From an uncultured Chloroflexia bacterium (GTDB lineage: Bacteria; Chloroflexota; Limnocylindria; Limnocylindrales; CSP1-4), in the NCBI GenBank assembly GCA_963748625.1, contig CAVVJT010000004.1, positions 736,001 through 800,000 on the forward strand: a stretch of 64,000 nt of DNA, given 5' to 3'. Below the pieces are notes generated by a model. The model made no database searches, was not told the DNA's origin, and saw nothing but the letters and a program-made list of their open reading frames with translations. Made by a program: the position numbers and the translations under genes. Below, piece by piece: positions 54,902 through 63,708 of this stretch (its first letter is position 1; the number at the start of each line of letters is the position of its first letter).

Positions 54902-55846
54902 ATGACCGTCACCCCCGTCACGCTCACCGAACCGCCCGCGGCCCGCCGGCCTGCCGCCGGGATCCGCCGGCCACGCCGGGGCGTCGCCGCCCTGCGGGGC
55001 GTCCAGGGGTTCCGCCGCGCCGTCCAGGTTGCGGTCTCCGCCGTGATCGCCGTCCTCATCGTGAACCGGGCGGCCGCGGCAACCTCCGGGCCTGGCGTCA
55101 CGAGCCCCGAGGCACTCTGCCCGTTCGGCGGCCTCGAGACGTTCTACACGTGGGCGACATCGGGCGGCTACGTACCGCACGTCCATGCGGCCAACGTAGT
55201 GCTCGCCGCTGCCGTGCTGGTCCTGGCCTTCGTGGCCCGCGGCGCCTTCTGCGGCTGGCTGTGCCCCCTGGGCTTCCTCCAGGACGTGTCGGCAGGCATC
55301 AGCGCGTTCGTCCAGCGACATCTCCCCGCCGCCCACCGCGGCATGCGCGCGCTGCGCAGGGCCGGCGCCCCGCTGGCCGTGCTCGACCGGCCGCTGCGCC
55401 TGCTCAAGTACGCGGTGCTCGCCTGGGCCCTGTGGGGCACGGCCGTCTTCGGCTACATGGTCTTCCGCGACGTGGACCCGTGGATCGCCCTGCTGGACAT
55501 CGGCCGCGAGAGCGCAGGGTTCGGGATGGTCATCCTCGTCCTGACCCTCGTCGGCGCGCTGTTCGTGGACCGTCCCTGGTGCCGGTATGCGTGCCCGCTG
55601 GGCGCGGCCAACGGCATCGTCGCCCGCTTCAGCCCGGTCCGCCTGGAGCGGTCGGCTGCGGCCTGTGTGGACTGCAACCTGTGCACCCGCAGCTGCCCGA
55701 TGGGGCTCGAGATCGCCAAAGCCAAGGTCATCACGTCGGCCGACTGCATCGGCTGCCTCGAGTGCGTCGAGGCGTGTCCTCGCGACGGCGCGCTCGAGCT
55801 CCGCATCGGCAGTCCCATCGCATTCCCCTTCGGAGGCAAGGCATGA
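54902..55846 (+). CDS. Membrane 4Fe-4S protein (NapH/MauN/YccM polyferredoxin family)
   Basis: LCPFG, FCGWLCPLG, WCRYACPLG and two CxxCxxCxxxCP motifs. Confidence 0.92.
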   Translation: MTVTPVTLTEPPAARRPAAGIRRPRRGVAALRGVQGFRRAVQVAVSAVIAVLIVNRAAAATSGPGVTSPEALCPFGGLETFYTWATSGGYVPHVHAANVVLAAAVLVLAFVARGAFCGWLCPLGFLQDVSAGISAFVQRHLPAAHRGMRALRRAGAPLAVLDRPLRLLKYAVLAWALWGTAVFGYMVFRDVDPWIALLDIGRESAGFGMVILVLTLVGALFVDRPWCRYACPLGAANGIVARFSPVRLERSAAACVDCNLCTRSCPMGLEIAKAKVITSADCIGCLECVEACPRDGALELRIGSPIAFPFGGKA

Positions 55847-56349
55847 GCACCACCATCGACCCGGCAGCCGACGCCACCGGCGGCGCGTCTCCCGCCGGCG
55901 ATCCTGTCCCCGTGAGCGCCGCTGCCGACGCACCCGCGCCTGTGGGCGGTGCCGCCGCCCGTGTGCCGACACCTGCCCAGCCGCGCCGACGGATCCCGCC
56001 GATGGTCTACGGGATCCTCGTGGTCGCCGTGTTCTTCGGTGGGATCGGGATCGCGTACGCGGGAGGCGCCTGGCAGACCAGCGGTCGGATGGGCGGCCAG
56101 ACGGGCGGCGAGACGGGTGGCGAGAGCAGGCCCACGCTCCAGGGCATGAGTGCCACCGAGGTCAAGGGCTGGATGCTGATCGGCGACGTCGCCGAGACAT
56201 TCGGCGTCCCCTACGAGGACCTCCTGGCCGCCTTCGAGCTGCCCGCCGATACTGCGCCCGGAACCGCGCTCAAGGAGCTCGAGAGCGAGCTGTTCTCGGT
56301 CATGGCCCTCCGGGAGTGGCTGGTTGCCGAGGGGTACGCGGCCGGGTGA
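55843..56349 (+). CDS. Hypothetical single-TM protein
   Basis: ATGA overlap with the polyferredoxin gene. TM helix followed by an EVKGWM domain. Confidence 0.75.
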   Translation: MSTTIDPAADATGGASPAGDPVPVSAAADAPAPVGGAAARVPTPAQPRRRIPPMVYGILVVAVFFGGIGIAYAGGAWQTSGRMGGQTGGETGGESRPTLQGMSATEVKGWMLIGDVAETFGVPYEDLLAAFELPADTAPGTALKELESELFSVMALREWLVAEGYAAG

Positions 56350-56527
56350 CCGGTCCACGTCACGGCAGTGTGACCCATCGGTTAGCACAGCCGGACCACG
56401 GGCGGCGCCGACGCCGGGCGCCCGACGCCACCAGGTGCTGCGAACACCTATCATCCTCCTCGCAGCGACGCTTGGGTGCTCCAGCCGCGCCGCCCTGACC
56501 ATGTACGCCACCACCCCGAGGAACCCG

Positions 56528-56869
56528 ATGTTCTCGTCCCTGAAGCGCCTCTTCGCCGGCGCCCCCTCCATCACCATCGAGGAGCTCGACACGCTGCTCA
56601 CCCAGCGGGCCGTCACGCTCATCGACGTGCGGGAGCCCAACGAGTACAAGTCGGGTCACGTCCCGGGCGCTGTCAACGTCCCCGGCGGCCAGCTCGACAC
56701 ACGTCTCGACCGGATCAAGAAGGACAAGCCGGTTGCGGTGATCTGCCAGTCGGGCAGCCGCAGCGCGAGCGCGACCTACTTCCTGCTGGAGCATGGTTTC
56801 GAGGGCGCCGTCTCGGTCCGGGGTGGCACCGGCGCCTGGCAGCGGAGCGGCCGCAAGACCGTCCGCTGA
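56528..56869 (+). CDS. Single-domain rhodanese
   Basis: IDVREPNEY..GHVPGA, active-site CQSGSRS, GG..AW. Confidence 0.92.
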   Translation: MFSSLKRLFAGAPSITIEELDTLLTQRAVTLIDVREPNEYKSGHVPGAVNVPGGQLDTRLDRIKKDKPVAVICQSGSRSASATYFLLEHGFEGAVSVRGGTGAWQRSGRKTVR

Positions 56870-56888
56870 GGCAAGACCGTCCGCTGAG
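56853..56888 (+). repeat. 18-bp duplication containing the rhodanese stop codon
   Basis: GCAAGACCGTCCGCTGAG x2. Confidence 0.9.
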
Positions 56889-56956
56889 GGCGGTCCACGG
56901 GCGCGGGCGCCCTCGCGTGCCGCGGCCGCGTCGGCTCAGGCCTTCAGCACGTGGCG

Positions 56957-57844
56957 TCAGGCGTCCAGCTCGCACTCCGCTGAGGCGCAGTCGGCTGCGA
57001 ACCGCGACAGGGCGCCGGCATCGGTCGCGCACGCCCGCACCAGCGTCATCACCCGGTCCACGCCGGCGTCGGCATAGCGCCGGAGCAGGTCCACGCGGTC
57101 CGCCCCCTCCACCCCGCTCGCGTCCCGCCCGATGTTCACCGAGATCCGCAGCGTGGCGGGGTCCCGCCCGACCTCCTCGCACCGCGACGCGATCACGGAG
57201 CGGTTCCCGACGATCTCCTCGGGCGTGAGCCAGTCGAGGTTCAGCTCGTCCGCGAACCGCGCGGCCATGCGCCAGGTCCGGTTCGGCCCGTTGCCGCCCA
57301 CGAGGATCGGGATCCGAGGCTCCTGGAGGCCTCGCGGCACGTTGACCGCGTCGTGCACCGACGACACCGGCCCGGCGTACGTGGCACGCCCGCCGCCCAG
57401 CATCCGGGTCGCGATCTCCAGCGCGTCCTCGAGCGCCTCCATGCGCGTCGCCAGCGGCGGGAAGCCGAATCCGTACGCGGTGTACTCGTCCTCCTTCCAG
57501 CCGGCACCGATGCCCAGCTCCGCCCGGCCGCCGGAGATGACGTCGAGCGTGGAGATCATCTTCACCGCGAGCGCCGGGTTGCGGTAGCCGGCACACAGCA
57601 CCAGGTGCCCCAGGCGCACACGGGCGGTCTCCGACGCCAGCGCCGCGAGGGTGGTGAACGCCTCGAACGTGATCTCGTCGGTGGGTACGGGCTCCGTCTG
57701 GACGTGGTCGAATGCCCAGATCGAGTCGAAGCCCAGGGCCTCCGCCTCGTGGGCGACCGCGACCGTCCGGGCCCAGGCACGGGCCGGATCCCAGCCGTCG
57801 AACTCCCCCGTCCAGCCCTGGGGGACGATGATCCCTACGCGCAC
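56957..57844 (-). CDS. LLM-class F420-dependent oxidoreductase
   Basis: GFDSIWAFDH, YRNPAL, LDVISGGR..LGIGAGW, ILVGGNG. Confidence 0.92.
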   Translation of the reverse strand: MRVGIIVPQGWTGEFDGWDPARAWARTVAVAHEAEALGFDSIWAFDHVQTEPVPTDEITFEAFTTLAALASETARVRLGHLVLCAGYRNPALAVKMISTLDVISGGRAELGIGAGWKEDEYTAYGFGFPPLATRMEALEDALEIATRMLGGGRATYAGPVSSVHDAVNVPRGLQEPRIPILVGGNGPNRTWRMAARFADELNLDWLTPEEIVGNRSVIASRCEEVGRDPATLRISVNIGRDASGVEGADRVDLLRRYADAGVDRVMTLVRACATDAGALSRFAADCASAECELDA

Positions 57845-57918
57845 GGCAGCACCTCCGCACGCAGCGTACTCGCCCGGCGTGTCCTCAGACGAGCGCCGGG
57901 CGGCCTGTCAACAGTGCG

Positions 57919-58812
57919 TCAGCCGCACTTCTTGGGGTGCGGCGTCGGGTGCGCGGCGGCGTAGGACACCGAGACCGTGGACACCCAGGAGGACTTCACG
58001 AACAGCTTCGGGTACGTGTAGTTCGGGCCCGTGGAGGTCTGGAGCCACACCTTGTCGTAGCCCGCGCTGAACACCTTGTTCATCTGCGAGGTGAGGCCCG
58101 TGGCGAGCGAGTCGATCCTGTACGTGTGCATCTTGTTGTCCGACGTGTACACGTAGACGAGCTTGCCGATCAGCTGCGAGCCCTTGTTCTGCTGCCACTC
58201 CTTGAGCAGGGGCAGGAACATGCCGGTGCGAGCGTGGGCGAAGATGAAGGTGGCCCAGTCGCTTGGCTCACGCGGCTGGCTGAGTGCCCCGTTGTACAGG
58301 GCGACGTTGCACAGCGGATACCCGGCGTTCCCGCGGATGACCGCCATGTCGATGCCCTTGCCCATCACGCCCTGGGTCGGGACCCGCACGCGCGTGGCAT
58401 GGGCGAAGTTGAGCAGACCGCACTTCACGGACTTGCCGCTCACGATCTTGAGCGACAGGACCTTGTACCAGTTGGCCTCCCAGACCGCCTTGGTCTTGGC
58501 ATTGGAGAGCACCTTCGAGACGTTCAGCGCGCCCTTCGCGTTGGTCGTGGGGTAACCGACCACCGTGACCGCCTTGCCCAGGGCACTGCACCTGCCGCGA
58601 TACACCGTGGCCTTGTAGGTGGCCGACTTCTTGAGCCCCTTGAGCGCCCAGGTCATCTTGCCGGTGGCATCGGTGTTGTACGTGAACGTCCCCGAGCCGG
58701 CCGTGCCGAACGAGGCCCTGAAGACGCGCTGGGGGGCGCTGGCCGCCTGCACCGGTGCGGCCATCAGGCCGACGAGCAGGAGGGCGAGGATGAAGGCGGC
58801 GGGACGTCGCAC
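57919..58812 (-). CDS. Secreted Lys-rich protein with C-terminal sortase-fold domain (catalytic Cys replaced by Ser)
   Basis: Signal peptide; ATRVRVP..IDMAV, QP, FIFAHAR...F..L, VYVY...YRI, VWLQTS, PKLFV. Confidence 0.75.
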   Translation of the reverse strand: MRRPAAFILALLLVGLMAAPVQAASAPQRVFRASFGTAGSGTFTYNTDATGKMTWALKGLKKSATYKATVYRGRCSALGKAVTVVGYPTTNAKGALNVSKVLSNAKTKAVWEANWYKVLSLKIVSGKSVKCGLLNFAHATRVRVPTQGVMGKGIDMAVIRGNAGYPLCNVALYNGALSQPREPSDWATFIFAHARTGMFLPLLKEWQQNKGSQLIGKLVYVYTSDNKMHTYRIDSLATGLTSQMNKVFSAGYDKVWLQTSTGPNYTYPKLFVKSSWVSTVSVSYAAAHPTPHPKKCG

Positions 58813-58894
58813 GAATAGACCTCGGATACGGATAAGTGCATCGTAAGGATGCCCCATGTCCGGGAACCATGGGAATAGCGGGGCAGGACCTTGC

Positions 58895-59030
58895 GGTGCG
58901 CCGGTGCACCCGAACGGTGCGCCTGTGCACCCGATCCGTTTGGCGGCGGTCCTGGCGGCGGTCCCTGGCGGGGTCCTTACCGGCGATCCCTGGCGGGGTC
59001 CCTGGCGGCGGTCCCTGGCGGCGGTTCTAG
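58895..59030. repeat. 21-bp x2 and about 13-bp x6 imperfect repeats ending at the ACT-gene stop
   Basis: GGTGCGCC(G/T)GTGCACCCGA x2 and TGGCGGCGGTCCC-like units. Confidence 0.8.
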
Positions 59031-59413
59031 CGGCGCTCGAGGATGGGGCGAGCCTTCTCTGGATCGTCCACCACGAAGGCGAAGGTCGCCCGGTCGCTCC
59101 AGCGGCCGAGGAACAGGTGGCCCAGGACGTTGACCCCAGCGTCCGACAGCTCGCGTGCGATGCGCGCCATGCCGCCCGGGCGATCGTCCACCTCGGCGAG
59201 GAGCGACTCGCCCTCGAGGAAGGTCCAGCCGCCGTCCTCCAGCACGGAGCGCGCCTTGTCATCGTCGGCCGTGGTCATGATGAAGTGGCCGACCTCGCCC
59301 AGGCCGCCCCCACCGATGGCGCGCAGGTCCACGCCACTCTCCGCCATCTGCTCCGCGAGGCGGGCCATCTCACCGGGCTTGTTGGTGACCTGGACGACGA
59401 ACTGCCTGGGCAT
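59027..59413 (-). CDS. Tandem ACT-domain protein
   Basis: NKPGEMA..GVDL and DDRPGGMA..GVNV repeats. Confidence 0.88.
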   Translation of the reverse strand: MPRQFVVQVTNKPGEMARLAEQMAESGVDLRAIGGGGLGEVGHFIMTTADDDKARSVLEDGGWTFLEGESLLAEVDDRPGGMARIARELSDAGVNVLGHLFLGRWSDRATFAFVVDDPEKARPILERR

Positions 59414-59491
59414 CGGTGCCTCCGGGCGGCTGGTGCCGCGGCTTGAACAGGATCGAGGTGAGCGATTCTCGCACGGGCGCGGGTCGCGTGC

Positions 59492-60970
59492 CTATAGGGT
59501 CCGGGCCTCATCGCGCAACAGGACCGCACGCCGGTACATCTCCAGGTAGCGCGGCGCGGATCCGGTGACCCAGTTGAAGTCCTCGGCCATCCCGCGGTCC
59601 ACCAGGGCCGCCCACGCGGCGGGACGAGCCCGCAGCGCCGCAGCGCGCCGGATGGCCGCGAGCAGCGCCTCGGGCGTGGCCTCATCGAAGACGAAGCCCG
59701 TGCCCGTTCGCGGCCGCTCGGCGGCGTCCACCACGCTGTCCGCGAGGCCACCCGTCCGACGCACGATCGGTGGCGTGCCATACCTGAGGGCGATCATCTG
59801 CCCTTGCCCGCACGGCTCGAAGCGCGATGGCATGAGGAAGGCGTCGGCGCCCGCATAGATGCGGCGAGCCATATCCCGGTCGAACCGCTCGATGAGCGCG
59901 ACACGGCCGGTGCTGGCCCGCGCAAGGGCCCGGAACGGATCCGCCAGGGACGCATGCCCGCTGCCTTGCACGATCACCCGGACGCCGTCCGCCAGCAGGT
60001 CGTCCATGGCGCCCGCCAGCAGGTCGAAGCCCTTCTGGGGGTCCATGCGCCCGATCATGCCGACGACCAGACCGTCGTCGTCGGGGTCGAGTCCGTTGCG
60101 CGTGAGCAGGTCCACGCGGCAGGCCGCTTTGCCGGCGGTGTCGCCGCGGCCGTACGGGGCGGCGAGCGCAGGATCGGAGGCCGGGTCCCAGACAGCCGGG
60201 TCGATTCCGTTGAGGATGCCCAGGAACCGATCCCCCTTTGCCTGCAGCGCACCATCAAGCCCCATGCCGAACTCCGGCGTGAGCGCCTCGCGGGCGAACC
60301 CGGGCGACACCGTATTGGCGATCTCCGCTCCCTCGATCGCGGTCAGCAGCAGGTCGAGGCCGGCCGGATTGGCGCCCGCCAGGGCCGAGCCGGGGACGAC
60401 ACCCAGCTGCGCCTCCTGGGCCAGGGGCGTCCAGCCGTGGTAGGCCAGGTTGTGCAGGGTCACCGCGATCGCCGTGCCCGCGAGGAACGGATCGCCCGCG
60501 GCCTCGGCGCGGGCACGCTCCAGGACGGCTGGGCCCGTGTGCCAGTCGTGGAGATGCAGCACGTCGAGCGGCAGGCCATCGCGGCGGAGGGCTGCAATCG
60601 CCACCCTGCAGAACACGGCGAAGCGCCAGGCGTCATCGGGATGGTCGTAGTAGCCATCCCGGTCGAAGGCCTTGGGCACGTCCACGAGGCGCAGGCGATA
60701 GCCGTCGGCGGCGACATTGACGAGGGAGGCCTTGAGCGCTCGGCCGCCGTGCGGATTGGGGATCGTGAGGGCGGGCTCGGTCACCGCGGCCGCGGGCACC
60801 GGCACGCCGCGGTAGCGGGGCATGAACACGTCGACGGGCGCGTGCAGCTCCGTACCCGCCTCGGGGATGCGGCCGAGCGCCCGGGCGAGCGCATCCACCA
60901 CGTCGGCGAGCCCGCCGGTCTTGGCCCAGGGCTCGCACTCCGCGGCGAGCATCGCGACTCTCAGCGTCAT
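59492..60970 (-). CDS. glgA: Glycogen synthase
   Basis: KTGGLADV, HLHDWH, TLHNLAY, PSRFEPCG, RTGGL. Confidence 0.96.
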   Translation of the reverse strand: MTLRVAMLAAECEPWAKTGGLADVVDALARALGRIPEAGTELHAPVDVFMPRYRGVPVPAAAVTEPALTIPNPHGGRALKASLVNVAADGYRLRLVDVPKAFDRDGYYDHPDDAWRFAVFCRVAIAALRRDGLPLDVLHLHDWHTGPAVLERARAEAAGDPFLAGTAIAVTLHNLAYHGWTPLAQEAQLGVVPGSALAGANPAGLDLLLTAIEGAEIANTVSPGFAREALTPEFGMGLDGALQAKGDRFLGILNGIDPAVWDPASDPALAAPYGRGDTAGKAACRVDLLTRNGLDPDDDGLVVGMIGRMDPQKGFDLLAGAMDDLLADGVRVIVQGSGHASLADPFRALARASTGRVALIERFDRDMARRIYAGADAFLMPSRFEPCGQGQMIALRYGTPPIVRRTGGLADSVVDAAERPRTGTGFVFDEATPEALLAAIRRAAALRARPAAWAALVDRGMAEDFNWVTGSAPRYLEMYRRAVLLRDEARTL

Positions 60971-61026
60971 GCGGGGATCGTACTGCCGCACGCGGTGCCG
61001 ATTCCGGCGCTGGCGCCCGCGGCCGG

Positions 61027-61117
61027 CGGCGCGACGTGGCTGCCAACCGCCGGCGCGACGTGGCCTGCCAACCGCCCGGCGACGTGGCTGCCGGCGCGAC
61101 GTTCCTGCCAACCGCCC
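61027..61117. repeat. Imperfect repeats of about 24 bp upstream of glgA
   Basis: CGGCGCGACGTGGCTGCCAACCGC-like units x3-4. Confidence 0.75.
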
Positions 61118-61270
61118 AGCGGGCACTGTGTGCAGGGTTTGACACAGGTCTGCCGTCTGGCGGGCAGCCGACGGGTCCTAAGGGCGATTCGGGGCCTGGC
61201 ATGCCGCTGGGCGGGACGAGTGGACGGAATTCGTTACGCACGGCCCGCTGAGCGGGATCCACGGCTGGGG

Positions 61271-61394
61271 CGGACCAGGCCGGACCACCGGACCAGGCCG
61301 GACCACCGGACCAGGCCGGACCACCGGACCAGGCCGGACCACCGGACCAGGCCGGACCACCGGACCAGGCCGGACCACCGGACCAGGCCGGACC
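61271..61394. repeat. Perfect 18-bp tandem array (6.9 copies) in the glgA/glgP intergenic region
   Basis: CGGACCAGGCCGGACCAC x6 plus 16 nt. Confidence 0.97.
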
Positions 61395-61476
61395 CGATCG
61401 CAGCGTGGCACCGGTCGCAACCCGATCGCTAAACCGGTTCACAAGATCGGCCCATTCCGTCTAGAATGCCGACCTC

Positions 61477-63657
61477 ATGGAGTCACTCGTTCGCGTTCCC
61501 GTCGCGCCCGGCGCGCCATTCCACCTGCCGCCGCGCCTTGAGGGCCTGCGTCGTCTCGCCTACAACATGTGGTGGGCGTGGCATCCACGCGCCCGGGTGA
61601 TGTTCTCGCGGATCGACGCGGCCGCCTGGGCCCGCTACCGGAACCCCATTCCCGTCCTCCAGGGCCCGGTGAACTGGCAGGGCCTGCTCGAGACGCCGAT
61701 CTTCATGGCCGAGTACGCGAGCATCCTGGCCGAGTTCGACGCCTACATGGCCAACGGATCGGACCGCTGGTTCCAGCGCAATCACGCTGAGGCCTTCTCG
61801 GGTCCCATCGCCTACTTCTGCGCCGAGTACGGCTTCCATGAGGCACTCGGGATCTACTCCGGAGGCCTTGGCGTCCTCGCCGGCGACCACATGAAGACCG
61901 CCTCGGACATGGCCGTGCCCATGGTCGGCGTGGGCCTCATGTACCGCAAGGGCTACTTCCGCCAGTCCATCGATGCGGACGGGCACCAGGAGCACAACTA
62001 CCCCGACTTCGACCTCAAGAGCCTGCCCATCCTGCGCGCGCTCGACCAGGTCGGCGAGCCGCTCACGGTGTCGGTGCCTCTCCCTGACCGCGACCTGGCG
62101 GCGGCTGTCTGGGTCGCGCAGGTGGGCCGCGTTCCCGTGTTGCTGCTTGACACGGACGTCCCCGACAACGACGACTCCGATCGCCCGATCACCCACATCC
62201 TGTACGTCCGCGGACGCGAGATGCGCCTGCACCAGGAGCTGGTCCTCGGTGTCGGCGGTACGCGGGCGCTCCGCAAACTGGGCCTTGACCCGGCGGTCTG
62301 GCACCTCAACGAGGGCCACTCCGCGTTCCTGCTTGCGGAGCGGGCACGGGAGCTTGTCGCCTGCGGCGTCGATCTCGACGCTGCGTGGGGCAAGGTCAGG
62401 CGCAACGCCGTGTTCACGATCCACACCCCGGTCTCCGCGGGCAACGAGCGCTTCGATGCCGACCTCGTGCGCCAGGTGGCCGGCCCCTTGCTCGACGGCG
62501 ACGGCCGCCCGGACACCGGCGGCGTGTCGCTCGATCACGTGCTGGAGCTGGGCTTGGGCGTGGATGGCGATCGCAGCCAGTTCGACATGACGGCCTTCTC
62601 GCTGCGGCTCACCAACGGCGCGAACGCCGTGAGCCAGCTCCACGGCCACACGGCGAACGCGACCTGGACGGGCATCACGCCGCACGAGATCCTGGGCCTC
62701 ACCAACGGCGTCCACACGCCCACGTGGGTCGGCCAGCCGCTGCGCGACACCCTCAAGCGGTACGTCAACGCCGATCTCGACACCATGGACGACGCCCCGG
62801 AGCACCGGTTCTGGGAACGCCTCGACCGCCTGCCCACCGCCGACCTGTGGGAGGCGCACCAGCGCCAGAAGCTGGAACTCGCGATCTTCGCCCGCGGCCG
62901 GCTCCGCAACCAGTTCGCCCGCCACGGCGAGGCGCCCGGCGTCCTCGAGGAGCTCGAGGACGTGCTCGATCCGCGGATCCTGACCATCGGGTTCGCCCGC
63001 CGGTTCGCCACCTACAAGCGCGCCTCGCTCCTGTTCAGCGACATCGACCGGCTCGCCCGGATGGTGTGGGACCAGGACCGGCCGCTCCAGATCGTCTTCG
63101 CCGGCAAGGCCCACCCGGCCGACCGGCCAGGCCAGGGCGTCATCCAGGAGATCTTCGGCAAGTCGCGTAGCCCCAAGCTCCGCGGCCGCGTGTTCATCAT
63201 GGAGGACTACGACATCCGCATCGCCCGCTTCCTGGTCGCGGGCGTGGATGTCTGGCTGAACAACCCGCGCCGCCCGCTTGAGGCGTCGGGCACCTCGGGC
63301 ATGAAGGCCGCCGCGAACGGCGTGCTCAACGTGTCGGTGCTCGACGGCTGGTGGGACGAGGGTTGGACCGGCGACAACGGCTGGGCCATCGGGGGAAGGG
63401 AGACGAACCCCGACGAGGGCGCCCAGGACTGGGCCGATGCCCAGGACCTGTACCGGATCCTGGAGCAGGAGCTCATCCCGGCCTACTACGACCGGGACGC
63501 GGACGGCCTGCCCGCGAGGTGGGCGCAGCTCATGCGCAACTCGATCGCCAGCTCGATCTGGCGGTTCTCGACCTCGAGGATGCTCCACGAGTACGTCGAG
63601 CGGCTCTACGTCCCGGCCACCGGCTTCGGGTCGGACGTCGAGACACCCAGCTCCTGA
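61477..63657 (+). CDS. glgP: Alpha-glucan (glycogen) phosphorylase
   Basis: YSGGLG, HLNEGH, ARRFATYKR, EASGTSGMK (PLP Lys), LDGWW. Confidence 0.97.
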   Translation: MESLVRVPVAPGAPFHLPPRLEGLRRLAYNMWWAWHPRARVMFSRIDAAAWARYRNPIPVLQGPVNWQGLLETPIFMAEYASILAEFDAYMANGSDRWFQRNHAEAFSGPIAYFCAEYGFHEALGIYSGGLGVLAGDHMKTASDMAVPMVGVGLMYRKGYFRQSIDADGHQEHNYPDFDLKSLPILRALDQVGEPLTVSVPLPDRDLAAAVWVAQVGRVPVLLLDTDVPDNDDSDRPITHILYVRGREMRLHQELVLGVGGTRALRKLGLDPAVWHLNEGHSAFLLAERARELVACGVDLDAAWGKVRRNAVFTIHTPVSAGNERFDADLVRQVAGPLLDGDGRPDTGGVSLDHVLELGLGVDGDRSQFDMTAFSLRLTNGANAVSQLHGHTANATWTGITPHEILGLTNGVHTPTWVGQPLRDTLKRYVNADLDTMDDAPEHRFWERLDRLPTADLWEAHQRQKLELAIFARGRLRNQFARHGEAPGVLEELEDVLDPRILTIGFARRFATYKRASLLFSDIDRLARMVWDQDRPLQIVFAGKAHPADRPGQGVIQEIFGKSRSPKLRGRVFIMEDYDIRIARFLVAGVDVWLNNPRRPLEASGTSGMKAAANGVLNVSVLDGWWDEGWTGDNGWAIGGRETNPDEGAQDWADAQDLYRILEQELIPAYYDRDADGLPARWAQLMRNSIASSIWRFSTSRMLHEYVERLYVPATGFGSDVETPSS

Positions 63658-63708
63658 CCATCCGCGGCAGGCATCCACCGCTTGCCGCCACACCGAGAGG
63701 TCCACCCG

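Noticed and set aside
61271-61394. Possible CRISPR array
   Set aside because: Units are contiguous identical 18-mers with no unique spacers, and there are no cas genes.
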